A DNA stretch of 64,000 bases from an uncultured Pseudomonadota bacterium (lineage in GTDB: Bacteria; Pseudomonadota; Alphaproteobacteria; Rs-D84). A program made the position numbers and the translations under genes. Below, piece after piece: positions 1 through 8,602 of the stretch. Location of the stretch: NCBI GenBank assembly GCA_937885575.1, contig CALABO010000013.1:46438-110437 (forward strand). Direction: 5' to 3'. The notes under the pieces are model-generated. The model was not told the DNA's origin and did no database searches. It saw only the letters and a program-made list of their open reading frames with translations. How positions within the stretch are numbered: position 1 is the first letter of the stretch; each line of letters begins with the position of its first letter.

Positions 1-224
1 AACCATCGGTGGTTTGCCAAGGTGTGCATGGAAACATAACTGGTATGCGTGCTGATTTAATAATATGCGATGATGTGGAGGTTCCAAATACTTGCAACAC
101 AATAAAAAAACGCGACGGCCTGCGCGAAAGATTGCGTGAACTGGATTTTATACTATCGCCAAACGGCGCAATGATTTATATCGGAACGCCACACACATTG
201 GACACAATATACCGGACAACCTAA
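1..224 (+). pseudogene. Phage terminase large subunit, N-terminal ATPase fragment (open at window edge, stop 222-224)
   Basis: The frame runs from position 1. It contains ..GMRADLIICDDVEVP.. (Walker B-like) and ..MIYIGTPHTLDTIY. The remainder of a terminase is found at 3608-4456. Confidence 0.6.
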
Positions 225-874
225 CTTGCATCATGCGACGGCATAGAACTAAGCAGTCCGTGCAAACGGCGCAACAGTTCCCGGCCTTCGTCACCAAACA
301 TCGGCAGATATGTTTCATATTCCGGCATGTCAACCTGCAAATTCGCGCGCACGCGTTCCGTCACAGGGTGCGACAAAATATCATTTGCACTGTTCCACAA
401 GCGATATGCGGTCGAAACACGAACGATGTCGTCAAGTTTTCGTAACATTTCGGGGTTGTTTGATAATGCATTTTGTGTCATCAAAACCCAATCAGAACCA
501 AATTTTTTAATAATCGGCGTGTCCATAAACCGGTTCATTCCTTCGGAACTTGGGTCAAACGAATCAACCGCGGCAGTAATTTGTTGCAGTTCATCAGGTG
601 AAACATCGGAATTTGCCCCGGATTCAGCCATCATACCACCATATGGCAACAAATCATGTGCAATAGAATCCATTGGCGTTGTGCCATCGCGTAAATTTCT
701 AATATGTTGAATCAACATTTGCCCGGTCGGCAAATCTTGCAATTCGCGTAAGATTTCATCGGTGGCTTCATCAACAAAAACGCGATTTACCGCGGTCCAA
801 CCGCCAGCGATAACGTGTGCCTGGCGATAAAGATTCAAAAGTTTTTGTGCGGTAACACTTGCCTTTGCTTTCAT
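221..874 (-). CDS. Hypothetical protein (217 aa)
   Basis: Clean 654-nt ORF whose stop overlaps the stop of the terminase fragment. Same strand and tight spacing with 899-1912. No motif recognised. Confidence 0.5.
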   Translation of the reverse strand: MKAKASVTAQKLLNLYRQAHVIAGGWTAVNRVFVDEATDEILRELQDLPTGQMLIQHIRNLRDGTTPMDSIAHDLLPYGGMMAESGANSDVSPDELQQITAAVDSFDPSSEGMNRFMDTPIIKKFGSDWVLMTQNALSNNPEMLRKLDDIVRVSTAYRLWNSANDILSHPVTERVRANLQVDMPEYETYLPMFGDEGRELLRRLHGLLSSMPSHDAS

Positions 875-898
875 CCCGATTATTCCCCCCGTGGCGGT

Positions 899-1912
899 TT
901 ATTCGGTAATAACCATTATAACCTTGTGCATTGTTGGTGCAGAGATTTTTTCTTCTGGTGAAACCATTTGCCCATAAATTTTGCCCTTGGAATCCTTGCG
1001 CACGACGGCTATATTGGCGGAAGTTTTTTCTTCGGTTTTTAATGAATCGAAATCTTTATCTATGAACACGGCCAAATCACCCGGAACAACATTTGCCTTG
1101 GTATCGGCAAAAACATAAGATTTTTCAGGTATAAAGCCGCCCAAACGTTTTGAATTCGGAATAACCGCATATACACCGCGCCGACCTTCAAGATTCGCGG
1201 GTGCTGCAATCATTTTCGAATCGGACCGAACAAAACTTATAACCTTGCCATCGGGTTTCCCAAAAACAGGCACCAGTTTGCGCCGCGCATTATCATAAAG
1301 TTTTGCGCCATACAAATGACCATGCATTTCATCCACCAAATCACCGGACGAATCACCGGGAACCAACACAGCCCGAACGCGTTCCTTGGCCTTGTTCATC
1401 TGCTTCGTAAGTTCGCCGGATTTGTAAAGATCCGCGATTTTATCAAACAAACTTTCAACCGAATGCGCAAACGATTTGGCAAGTGGTTCGATTTCGTTTT
1501 TATAAACTTCGCGTTGGCCAACCTCTATCTTATGATAAACCGAAAGCGTCATGCCCGCATCTTTGGCCGCCTGGGCAATGGTTTTACCGGATTGCTGACG
1601 TATCTTGCGAAGCCCGGTGCCAAAGACCTTAAGTCCGCCATCTTCATTATCGTTCATACGACGGTTAATCTCACTTTGCCATTTGGATGCGACCTCGTCA
1701 GTGTCTTTGATGAAAATGTCGGACAATTTGCACCCCAAGATATTGCAGATATTCAACAACTGTTTCTGATTAAGACGGCGCACGCCTTTTTCAATCTTGG
1801 AAACAGCGGACAGCGATAAATTTGAACGCCGTGCCAGTTCGGTCATCTTCATTCCCGCGGCAAGCCGTATGTTACGAATATTATTTGGAAAGATGATTTC
1901 TTCTTGGGCCAT
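899..1912 (-). CDS. XRE-family regulator with two HTH domains and a LexA/S24-like C-terminal domain (no obvious Ser-Lys dyad)
   Basis: Two HTH_XRE-like segments (..IRLAAGMKMTELARRSNLSLSAVSKIEKG.. and ..IRQQSGKTIAQAAKDAGMTLSVYHKIEVG..). C-terminus has ..VVPGDLAVFID.. beta-domain pattern. AAGGAG RBS and a TTGCCT-17-TATTAT promoter lie upstream. Confidence 0.7.
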   Translation of the reverse strand: MAQEEIIFPNNIRNIRLAAGMKMTELARRSNLSLSAVSKIEKGVRRLNQKQLLNICNILGCKLSDIFIKDTDEVASKWQSEINRRMNDNEDGGLKVFGTGLRKIRQQSGKTIAQAAKDAGMTLSVYHKIEVGQREVYKNEIEPLAKSFAHSVESLFDKIADLYKSGELTKQMNKAKERVRAVLVPGDSSGDLVDEMHGHLYGAKLYDNARRKLVPVFGKPDGKVISFVRSDSKMIAAPANLEGRRGVYAVIPNSKRLGGFIPEKSYVFADTKANVVPGDLAVFIDKDFDSLKTEEKTSANIAVVRKDSKGKIYGQMVSPEEKISAPTMHKVIMVITE

Positions 1913-1986
1913 TTAAAAACTCCTTGTGTAAATCTTGACAAAATAATAAGGGATTTTTTTAACCAAGGCAAGGAAAAAGTGACATA

Positions 1987-2068
1987 GTGGTTAGTGTTAG
2001 TGATTAGTGGTTAGTAGTATCTGGAATAAGCCCGTATTTACAAAATTATTCCAGAATATACTAACCAC
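1987..2068. repeat. Palindromic repeat unit, short form (GTGGTTAGTG-type arms + TCTGGAAT / ATTCCAGA core), flanked by TA
   Basis: Left arm gtggttagtgttagtgattagtggttagtagtatctggaat, loop, right arm attccagaatatactaaccac. TA at 1985-1986 and 2069-2070. Related copies lie at 6162, 8323-8603, 22733, 28834, 30005, 60120 and 62021. Confidence 0.85.
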
Positions 2069-3618
2069 TACTCAAATTCATCTGGAATTTCATCGATATC
2101 AATCGATGTTGGTGCGTCTGTTGGTTCGGCCATCGCGGGAACAGCGTTTGTAAATTCGACCGTACGTCCGGCCATTTCGTTCAGGTTATCAAACAAACTA
2201 TATTCCGCCAAGAACGCCACAGTAACCGTATCTGTTCGACCATGACGATTCTTGCCGATGATAATGTCCGCCTTGCCCTTGGCCTTTTCAAGTCGATTTT
2301 GCCACGAATCAACGGATTTTTCACTCGCCGTATTTGAAAGCCGGCGCGACGGGTCGCGATTTTGCAGATAGTATTCTTCACGATATGTGAACATAACAAT
2401 ATCGGCATCCTGTTCAATAGACCCAGATTCACGCAAATCGGCAAGTTGCGGGCGTTTATCATCGCGACTTTCCACACTGCGCGACAATTGCGACAGGGCA
2501 ATAACCGGAACATTAAATTCCTTGGCCATCATTTTAAGGCCGCGTGTAATTTCAGAAAGTTCCTGGACACGATTGTCGTTGCGTTTCCCGCCCGGCAAAG
2601 TCAATAATTGCAAGTAATCGATAACAATAAGTGCAATGCCATTATATTTCCGCGCAAGACGACGCACGCGCGTGCGAATCATCGGCAAAGACATACCCGG
2701 TGTGTCGTCGATGAACAACGGAATACGCCCGATTGCATCGGAAAACTGCGCCATTTTAAGGAAATCTTCATCCGTCAGTGAACCTTCGCGCATTGCGGAC
2801 GACGGGATTCGCGCCTGGGACGCCAAAACGCGTGCCGCCAATTCAGACGCGCCCATTTCCAAACTGAAAAACGCGACCGCACCCTTATATTGTTCATTCG
2901 CGCGCCCAGAATAAATTGCATTTGCGGCGTTGAACGCGATATTCATGGCCAGTGTGGTTTTACCCATACCCGGACGACCCGCGATAATAAGTAAATTCGA
3001 TTTATGCAAACCACTTATTGCGCGGTCTAAATCGGTAAGGCCCGTGGTCAGACCCGAAAGTTTTCCATCGGCCTTGTACGCGATTTCTGCTTCACTCAAC
3101 GCATCTTTTAACGCATTTGCAATTGGCACAACATCGCGCGACGCATCGCCGGTCATGGCAAGGTTGAACAGTTTTTGTTCTGCGGATTCAATCTGTGACG
3201 ACACCGGGTTATCAAGGTCTTCGACAAACGCGGCATCGGTGACCGATTGCCCAAAATCAATAAGTTCGCGCCGCACCGCATTTTCATGAACGATTCGACC
3301 GTATTGTTCGACATTTACGACGGTTGCGCCGGCACCGGCCAATTGGGTCAAGTATTCAACGCCACCAACCGATTCCAATGTCCCTTGCTGGTCAAGGTAG
3401 TTTTTCGCCGTGATTATATCAAATGGGATTCCAGCGGCAAATTGGCGCAGGGCAAGTTTATATATTTCCTGGTGCGCGGGGTGCGAAAAATCTTCAGGCC
3501 GCAAAAATTCGGAAATTTTTTCAAGTGCCCGATTCTTCATTAAAACCGCGGCAAGAACGGCCTGTTCGGCCTCTAAATTCGTTGGCAAAGTTTTGGGAGT
3601 AAAGTCCATGTCAAACAT
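2068..3618 (-). CDS. dnaB: Replicative DNA helicase DnaB
   Basis: 516 aa. N-terminal DnaB domain (LPTNLEAEQAVLAAVL), Walker A GRPGMGKTT, IDYLQL and SQLSR motifs, acidic C-terminal tail. The stop TAG is formed at the repeat edge. Confidence 0.93.
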   Translation of the reverse strand: MFDMDFTPKTLPTNLEAEQAVLAAVLMKNRALEKISEFLRPEDFSHPAHQEIYKLALRQFAAGIPFDIITAKNYLDQQGTLESVGGVEYLTQLAGAGATVVNVEQYGRIVHENAVRRELIDFGQSVTDAAFVEDLDNPVSSQIESAEQKLFNLAMTGDASRDVVPIANALKDALSEAEIAYKADGKLSGLTTGLTDLDRAISGLHKSNLLIIAGRPGMGKTTLAMNIAFNAANAIYSGRANEQYKGAVAFFSLEMGASELAARVLASQARIPSSAMREGSLTDEDFLKMAQFSDAIGRIPLFIDDTPGMSLPMIRTRVRRLARKYNGIALIVIDYLQLLTLPGGKRNDNRVQELSEITRGLKMMAKEFNVPVIALSQLSRSVESRDDKRPQLADLRESGSIEQDADIVMFTYREEYYLQNRDPSRRLSNTASEKSVDSWQNRLEKAKGKADIIIGKNRHGRTDTVTVAFLAEYSLFDNLNEMAGRTVEFTNAVPAMAEPTDAPTSIDIDEIPDEFE

Positions 3619-4456
3619 AGTATACGAAAAAAATGTTTTTTCAACGCCTTTTTTATCAGGTTATTCGGAATTGAAAATTCCAATAATTGACAGTGATGGA
3701 AATCCGGCGTGGCCGGCGGTTTTCCCCATTGAAAAAATCGAAAAAATTCGCGAAACCGTGGGCGACCGACACTTTTCGGCGCAAATGATGTTGCAATATA
3801 TCGCGCCCGATAAAATCCGCCTTGACCCCGGGGGGATAAAGTTTTATGACGCGGACTTTGACCCGCATGGGGGCCGAATTGATGAAACGCCGATAACCGG
3901 CGCAACAATATATTGGGACCCATCGGGCGGCCGGCGAAATTCGGACAACAGTGTTTGTGTCATTATCTATCGCGATGACAAAACGCACCGCGCGTTTATC
4001 CACGATATAATTTACCTTTGCGTGCCGGACGGGGTTGAATACCCACTTGCATATCAATGCGAAAAAGTCCTGTCGTTTGTGCGCATGCACCGGCAAAGAT
4101 TGCTTTGCGTTGAAACCAACGGAATCGGTGCGGCGTTGCCGGAAATCATGCGCGAAACAATTGCGCGCGCGGGTTACGAAATACAAATCCGCCCCATAAC
4201 CAACAGTCGCCGCAAAGAAGACCGAATCCTGGATGCAATCGAACCGTTGCTTACGACCGGGCGACTTTACGCGCATCGGCGCATAACGAAAACCCCGTTT
4301 ATCTCAGAAATGTTGGCATGGACACCGATTGGTGGCGGCGAACATGACGACGGATTGGACGCGGTTGCGGGGGCAATTTTATGTTCGCCCATACCAACGC
4401 GCCCCATTGGAACAAACGTTCGCCCATTTATCGCGAACACAGAATTCAAACTTTAA
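3608..4456 (+). pseudogene. Phage terminase large subunit, C-terminal nuclease fragment
   Basis: ATG 3608 overlaps the divergent dnaB start by 11 nt. ..IYWDPSGG.., ..VETNGIG.. and ..HDDGLDA.. fit RNase H-like terminase nuclease acidic residues. The ORF-track extension 3410-3607 is antisense to dnaB. Confidence 0.65.
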
Positions 4457-4471
4457 CCAAAAGGAAAAAAA

Positions 4472-5698
4472 ATGAAATATGACTTACAACAAATGTATTC
4501 ACATGCATTGGCTCTGCGCGAACCATGGATTAAACGTTGGGCCGACGCGCGCCGTTACACAATGCCGACAACCGACGAAGAAATTGCAACACTGTTCGAT
4601 GGAACGGCGGCGGACGCGGCGGATAATTTGGCGGCGTGTATGTATTCATTACTAACCCCGCCGGAATCATTGTGGTTGAACCTTGTCCCTGAATCCGAAG
4701 AATCACCGGACCCGGTTGCGGCAACGATGGCATTGCGTTCGAATCTTAATGAATCTAACTTTTATACAACCATTCATCAATGCTATATAGATTTGGTCAC
4801 AATGGGAACGGCATGCCTGTTTATGTCCGAATCGCCAATTGGCGCGGCAAGTGCGTTTAACTTTACGGCAATCCCGATGACAGACATTGCGATTTTGCCG
4901 AACGCAGTATTCCACACAGCAACCATGACCGCCCAAGAAGTTGCGCGCCGTTATCCCGAATGGACACCACCGCACGCAATCCTTGACGCGATGAAGCAAA
5001 ATCCGGAATACCAATTGCGCCTGGTCCAGGCATTGGTTGACACGGAATTTACCGCATGGATAGATGTCGGTGGCAATCTTGAAAACAACATTGTGTCGCG
5101 TGGCACATTTGAAACGAACCCATACATCATATTCCGCTGGGCCGTGTCCAGTGGCGAACTGTACGGCCGCGGGCCGGTGCTGCGGGCGCTACCTGATATC
5201 AAAACCGCGAACAAGGTCGTCGAACTTGTCCTGAAAAACGCAACCATCGCGGTCAGTGGCATATGGCAGGCCGACGATGACGGCGTAATAAACCTTGGCA
5301 ACATAAACCTTACCCCCGGTGCGATAATCCCAAAAGCGGTGGGCAGTACCGGCCTTACGCCACTTGCAACGGGTGCAAATTTTGATGTGTCGCAAATAAT
5401 TCTAAAAGACCTGCGCGAACGCATCCGCCACACAATGCTTGCGGACAGAATCGGCACGCTTTCGGACAAAGAAATGACCGCAACGGAAATACTTGCGCGG
5501 AATGCGGACATGTTGCGTATATTGGGCGCGACATACGGACGATTGCTGCACGAATTTATCCGGCCGCTTTGCGACCGCGGATTGCAAATCCTTGCGCGGC
5601 GCGGGGTAATCGACAAAATATCACTGCACAGTGACGCGGAATTAAAATACATCGCCCCGATTGCACAAATGGTCGCGGAAAACGGAACATTGATATAA
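4472..5698 (+). CDS. Phage portal / head-to-tail connector protein (possibly truncated)
   Basis: 408 aa directly after the terminase. The N-terminal region (..REPWIKRWADARRYTMP..DGTAADAADNLAA..) resembles podovirus connector proteins by eye. It is short for a portal. Confidence 0.55.
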   Translation: MKYDLQQMYSHALALREPWIKRWADARRYTMPTTDEEIATLFDGTAADAADNLAACMYSLLTPPESLWLNLVPESEESPDPVAATMALRSNLNESNFYTTIHQCYIDLVTMGTACLFMSESPIGAASAFNFTAIPMTDIAILPNAVFHTATMTAQEVARRYPEWTPPHAILDAMKQNPEYQLRLVQALVDTEFTAWIDVGGNLENNIVSRGTFETNPYIIFRWAVSSGELYGRGPVLRALPDIKTANKVVELVLKNATIAVSGIWQADDDGVINLGNINLTPGAIIPKAVGSTGLTPLATGANFDVSQIILKDLRERIRHTMLADRIGTLSDKEMTATEILARNADMLRILGATYGRLLHEFIRPLCDRGLQILARRGVIDKISLHSDAELKYIAPIAQMVAENGTLI

Positions 5699-5711
5699 GG
5701 GGGAAAAGAAA

Positions 5712-5918
5712 ATGGAAAAAATTGCACACGAATACGCCCGCACCTTTGCGGGCGCATCGGGGCGTGCGGTCATTGAACACCTGCGCCGGATAACAATCGA
5801 AAGGGTGCTGGGGCCACATGCAACGGACGGCGAATTGCGCGCACTGGAAGGTGCGCGCGCAATCGTGCATCAAATCGAAACTTTAATTGAACGGGGGCGC
5901 GACAATGCCAAAATCTAA
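5712..5918 (+). CDS. Small phage protein, Bbp19-like
   Basis: 68 aa. ..FAGASGRAVIEHL...LRALEGARAIV.. resembles the small proteins that follow portal genes in BPP-1-like phages. Recognised from memory only. Confidence 0.35.
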   Translation: MEKIAHEYARTFAGASGRAVIEHLRRITIERVLGPHATDGELRALEGARAIVHQIETLIERGRDNAKI

Positions 5919-6162
5919 TGGATTCGCAAACATCATCGATACATTACGCAGTGGTTGGTTCCTTATCGCGTTTATTGCGGGCATGATATATTGGGTGGCG
6001 CGCCAAGACAATGCTCTGGTGGAACTTGACCGATTGACGACGCGCATAACGACACTTGAAAACCGCACGACAATCCTGGAAACCGGAATAGGGCAATTGC
6101 AACTAAAAATCGACGGCATCAAAGAAGACCTGACCCTTATCAAAACAGCAGTGATAAAATAG
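5905..6162 (+). CDS. Small membrane / coiled-coil protein (85 aa)
   Basis: ATG 5905 overlaps the upstream ORF. One TM helix (WFLIAFIAGMIYWV) followed by a heptad-like region. The stop TAG 6160-6162 is formed at a repeat edge. Confidence 0.45.
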   Translation: MPKSNGFANIIDTLRSGWFLIAFIAGMIYWVARQDNALVELDRLTTRITTLENRTTILETGIGQLQLKIDGIKEDLTLIKTAVIK

Positions 6163-6286
6163 TGTTAGTGTAAGTGGGAAGTGGTTAGTATGCTCTGGAA
6201 TTTGTTCGTAATTACGGATTTATTCCAGAGCGCAAAGTTCTCCTCCTGCGGAGGAGTACGGCGTGGAACGCCGGGAGGTGGTCTTT
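6162..6286. repeat. Composite repeat unit: GTGGTTAGTG arm + TCTGGAAT/ATTCCAGA core + CCTCC-hairpin module
   Basis: 6181-6216 is a perfect inverted copy of 8549-8584. The module ttctcctcctgcggaggag..cggcgtggaacgccg..ggaggtggtctttt spans 6238-6286. Confidence 0.85.
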
Positions 6287-6668
6287 TCCCTCTGTCGCGT
6301 CAAAGACGCGACGAACAGAGGTTCGAAGTCGCGCCCATTTCATTTTTATCGTCATACCGCTGTAAAGCGGTATCTGGTGGTTTCAGCCGTGACGACGGGA
6401 TACCGCGTTTCGGCGGCATGACGGCATTTTTATTAGCCCCTTGCACCAACAATCATTTTATGATACAATTCATGTGCCGGCGGGTGTTCCGTTGGTGGGG
6501 TGTAACGACCCTTTTGAGTTGCGTCCAAATTCTGGATGAAAAGTACTCCAACCAATCGGTTGGAGGGCTGTGAATAATATCGGACCATGTCCGATAAAAT
6601 AAACACACAATTCCAACTCAAATTGTCGTTAACCTCCAACCACTTGAAGTAATTCGGTGGTTTTTTGA

Positions 6669-6719
6669 TTCCCCTTTCTGGGGAAAGGGGTGTCGCCGAA
6701 CGGCGACAGGGTATGGGTG
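6669..6719. repeat. Solo CCTCC-hairpin module (degenerate)
   Basis: Sequence ttcccctttctggggaaaggggtgtcgccgaacggcgacagggtatgggtg. It shows the same two-hairpin layout as the DUF559 cassette termini. Confidence 0.6.
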
Positions 6720-6735
6720 AAAAAAGAGAGAAACC

Positions 6736-8319
6736 ATGAAAAAATTTTTAACCGTTTTATGTTTATGCTTTGTATCAATTGATGTGTCGGCCGCCACGTA
6801 TGCATGTATAATGCAAGAAAAAGAAACTCTTATGCATGGCAGGTTAAGCGCAGGTGGTACGGAATTTTTATATTGTGGACATGTTGAAGACAAAGGGTGT
6901 GATGAAGGTGATGTAGTAAAGGGAGACAGAGAAAATGTGGCTAATCTTTTATGGAAATGTCATAATCATCATTGGATAAAAGTAGGTGAATCAGAGATTA
7001 GAGATTGCTCGTTGACAGAGAATTTAACAAATGAAGCGGTTGATGCGGTAAGCGAGACATCTAAATATGTGTTATATGGTGAATCTGACATGAGAAAACT
7101 TCATGATGGAGAAGAAGTCAAGAGTTGGGCTATCAAAGGTGGAATTGCTGGTGTATGCAAGATTAATTTAGCAGAGGCAAGAAAAGAGTGTGAAAAATCT
7201 GGCGGGACGCTAGAAGGCAGATATTGTAACTGTTCAAAGGATGGATATGCGCAAGGTGCAAATTTGACGGCACCGTGTGAGTGTGCGGATGGTTTGAAAA
7301 GAGGGGCCGATAACAAATGTTGGCCGGCACAATATGTTGATGGAAAGTGCTTGGTATACTTAAACCATATATATGATTGCCCACTTCCCGACGTTGGTCA
7401 CGAAGTAAATGGAATATTGTTTACCTATCTTGATAAGTATCGGTGTTCTTTTGTTTATAAAGATAGTAATTATTATCGTCTTTGTAATGATAATGGTAAA
7501 ATTATTAAAAAAATTGGTGTGGCATGTCCTGGATTTGATGATGAGTTAGCGTGGAATGCTTATGGAGAAGGTCGTTATAATCAGGAGGAAGATAAAGATG
7601 GTTTTCCGTGTATTAAACCTAAACCAGAATCCAAATACAACTATAAATCTTGTTCGGCTGATTCTGATTGCACGGGAATTGATAACACGGTGCGACCGTA
7701 TTTGCATTCGACGGCGTGGCACTGTGCGTGGCAAAGTGCGGGTGTGCGTGTTTGCGCCGCAACCGCGTGTGAATCGGGATGGACGCCGATAAATGGATAT
7801 TGCCAGGAAGACAAAACCGCGCAAACACCACAATCCGAAAATAAAAATGCTAATTCGGTATCCAATATCAAAACCGAAACGAAAGCGGGCACAAAGAAAC
7901 CCTGTACTGATTTGGATAATATGGATTCGAATTGCAAATGCATTGTTGTGGGAACGGTGGAACGTGGTGGAAAGTGCGTGTGTCGTGACGATAACCAAGA
8001 AATCAAAAATGGCAAATGTGAATGGACGGCAAAATATATTGCGGGGTTGGAAAGCGACCTTGATAGCAAATTTAACAATCTGACCGCAACGATTGGCGGG
8101 TTCGAAAAAAATGTATGGCGCGATGAAAATGGCGAATTTAACACCGCGCGCCTTGCGTCGGACAGTATTGCCGGTATTGTGCTGGGGACCGTTGGCGGAA
8201 TTGTGACGGCGAACCTTGTCAAAAAAGCCCAGGTTAAACAGGGATTTGAAGATATCGGTTGCTATATCGGCGGTCAATCCGTCGCCGGTTTCGGTGATGA
8301 ATTTAATGTTGGACGGTAA
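6736..8319 (+). CDS. Cysteine-rich secreted / membrane-anchored protein (527 aa)
   Basis: Signal peptide MKKFLTVLCLCFVSIDVSA. Many Cys in short-spaced clusters (CECADGLKRGADNKC; CKCIVVGTVERGGKCVC). C-terminal hydrophobic helix IAGIVLGTVGGIVTANLV. Visibly AT-richer than neighbours. Confidence 0.7.
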   Translation: MKKFLTVLCLCFVSIDVSAATYACIMQEKETLMHGRLSAGGTEFLYCGHVEDKGCDEGDVVKGDRENVANLLWKCHNHHWIKVGESEIRDCSLTENLTNEAVDAVSETSKYVLYGESDMRKLHDGEEVKSWAIKGGIAGVCKINLAEARKECEKSGGTLEGRYCNCSKDGYAQGANLTAPCECADGLKRGADNKCWPAQYVDGKCLVYLNHIYDCPLPDVGHEVNGILFTYLDKYRCSFVYKDSNYYRLCNDNGKIIKKIGVACPGFDDELAWNAYGEGRYNQEEDKDGFPCIKPKPESKYNYKSCSADSDCTGIDNTVRPYLHSTAWHCAWQSAGVRVCAATACESGWTPINGYCQEDKTAQTPQSENKNANSVSNIKTETKAGTKKPCTDLDNMDSNCKCIVVGTVERGGKCVCRDDNQEIKNGKCEWTAKYIAGLESDLDSKFNNLTATIGGFEKNVWRDENGEFNTARLASDSIAGIVLGTVGGIVTANLVKKAQVKQGFEDIGCYIGGQSVAGFGDEFNVGR

Positions 8320-8350
8320 ATAGTGGTAGTGTAAGTGATAAGTGTTAGTG

Positions 8351-8373
8351 CGGGCGCGGTTGCGCCCGTTTTT
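8351..8373 (+). terminator. Intrinsic terminator after the Cys-rich gene
   Basis: Stem-loop cgggcgc-ggtt-gcgcccg followed by ttttt. Confidence 0.7.
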
Positions 8374-8397
8374 GCGCAAAAATTCCAGAGTACGAGG

Positions 8398-8527
8398 TTC
8401 TCCTCCTGTGGAGGAGTACCCGAAGGGGGAGGTGGTCTTTTATAAATATAAAATATCTGGAATATGAAAGACCACCCCGTCCGCTTTCGCTATCGCTGCA
8501 GCGAGACACCCCTCCACAGGAGGGGAA
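8398..8527. mobile_element. ORF-less inverted pair of CCTCC-hairpin modules (MITE-like shell of the DUF559 cassette)
   Basis: 8398-8441 (..ggaggtggtctttt) and 8467-8527 (aaagaccacc..) are inverted copies separated by 25 nt. The termini have the same architecture as at 37405/37850 and 53665/54190, but there is no ORF. Confidence 0.6.
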
Positions 8528-8602
8528 CTTAGCTTTCTGGAATAACCACGTAATTACGAACAAATTCCAGAGCATACTAACCACTAACACTTACACTACC
8601 CA

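Noticed and set aside
1987-2068. CRISPR array suggested by short GTGGTTAGTG-like reiterations (also at 6162, 8323, 28834, 60120)
   Set aside because: The reiterations are contiguous degenerate 6-10-mers forming hairpin arms. There are no regular unique spacers, the units are under 150 bp, and no cas genes are present.
3410-3607. N-terminal extension of the terminase nuclease ORF
   Set aside because: It lies antisense to the well-supported dnaB 5' region, and its translation is unlike terminases. The credible start is ATG 3608.
4951-5757. Long antisense ORFs (4951-5757, 7546-8379, 13952-14626, 17433-18068, 23838-24473, 28884-29561, 29015-29698, 31998-32435, 33499-33948)
   Set aside because: Each overlaps, on the opposite strand, a gene with clear family motifs. 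Their translations are low-complexity or Arg/Pro-rich, typical of shadow ORFs.
6181-6573. 130-aa ORF, and the similar 81-aa ORF at 8345-8590, both starting M(L)VVSMLWNLFVIT..
   Set aside because: Both are translations of the same inverted repeat sequence (hence the shared N-termini). They have no RBS and run through hairpin modules, so they are judged spurious.
6433-6639. tmRNA-like tag (..NDNLSW.. on the minus strand) and a T-loop-like GGTTCGAA at 6320
   Set aside because: The reading frame does not end in a short Ala-Ala-stop tag, and no tRNA-like acceptor/T-arm pairing could be drawn.
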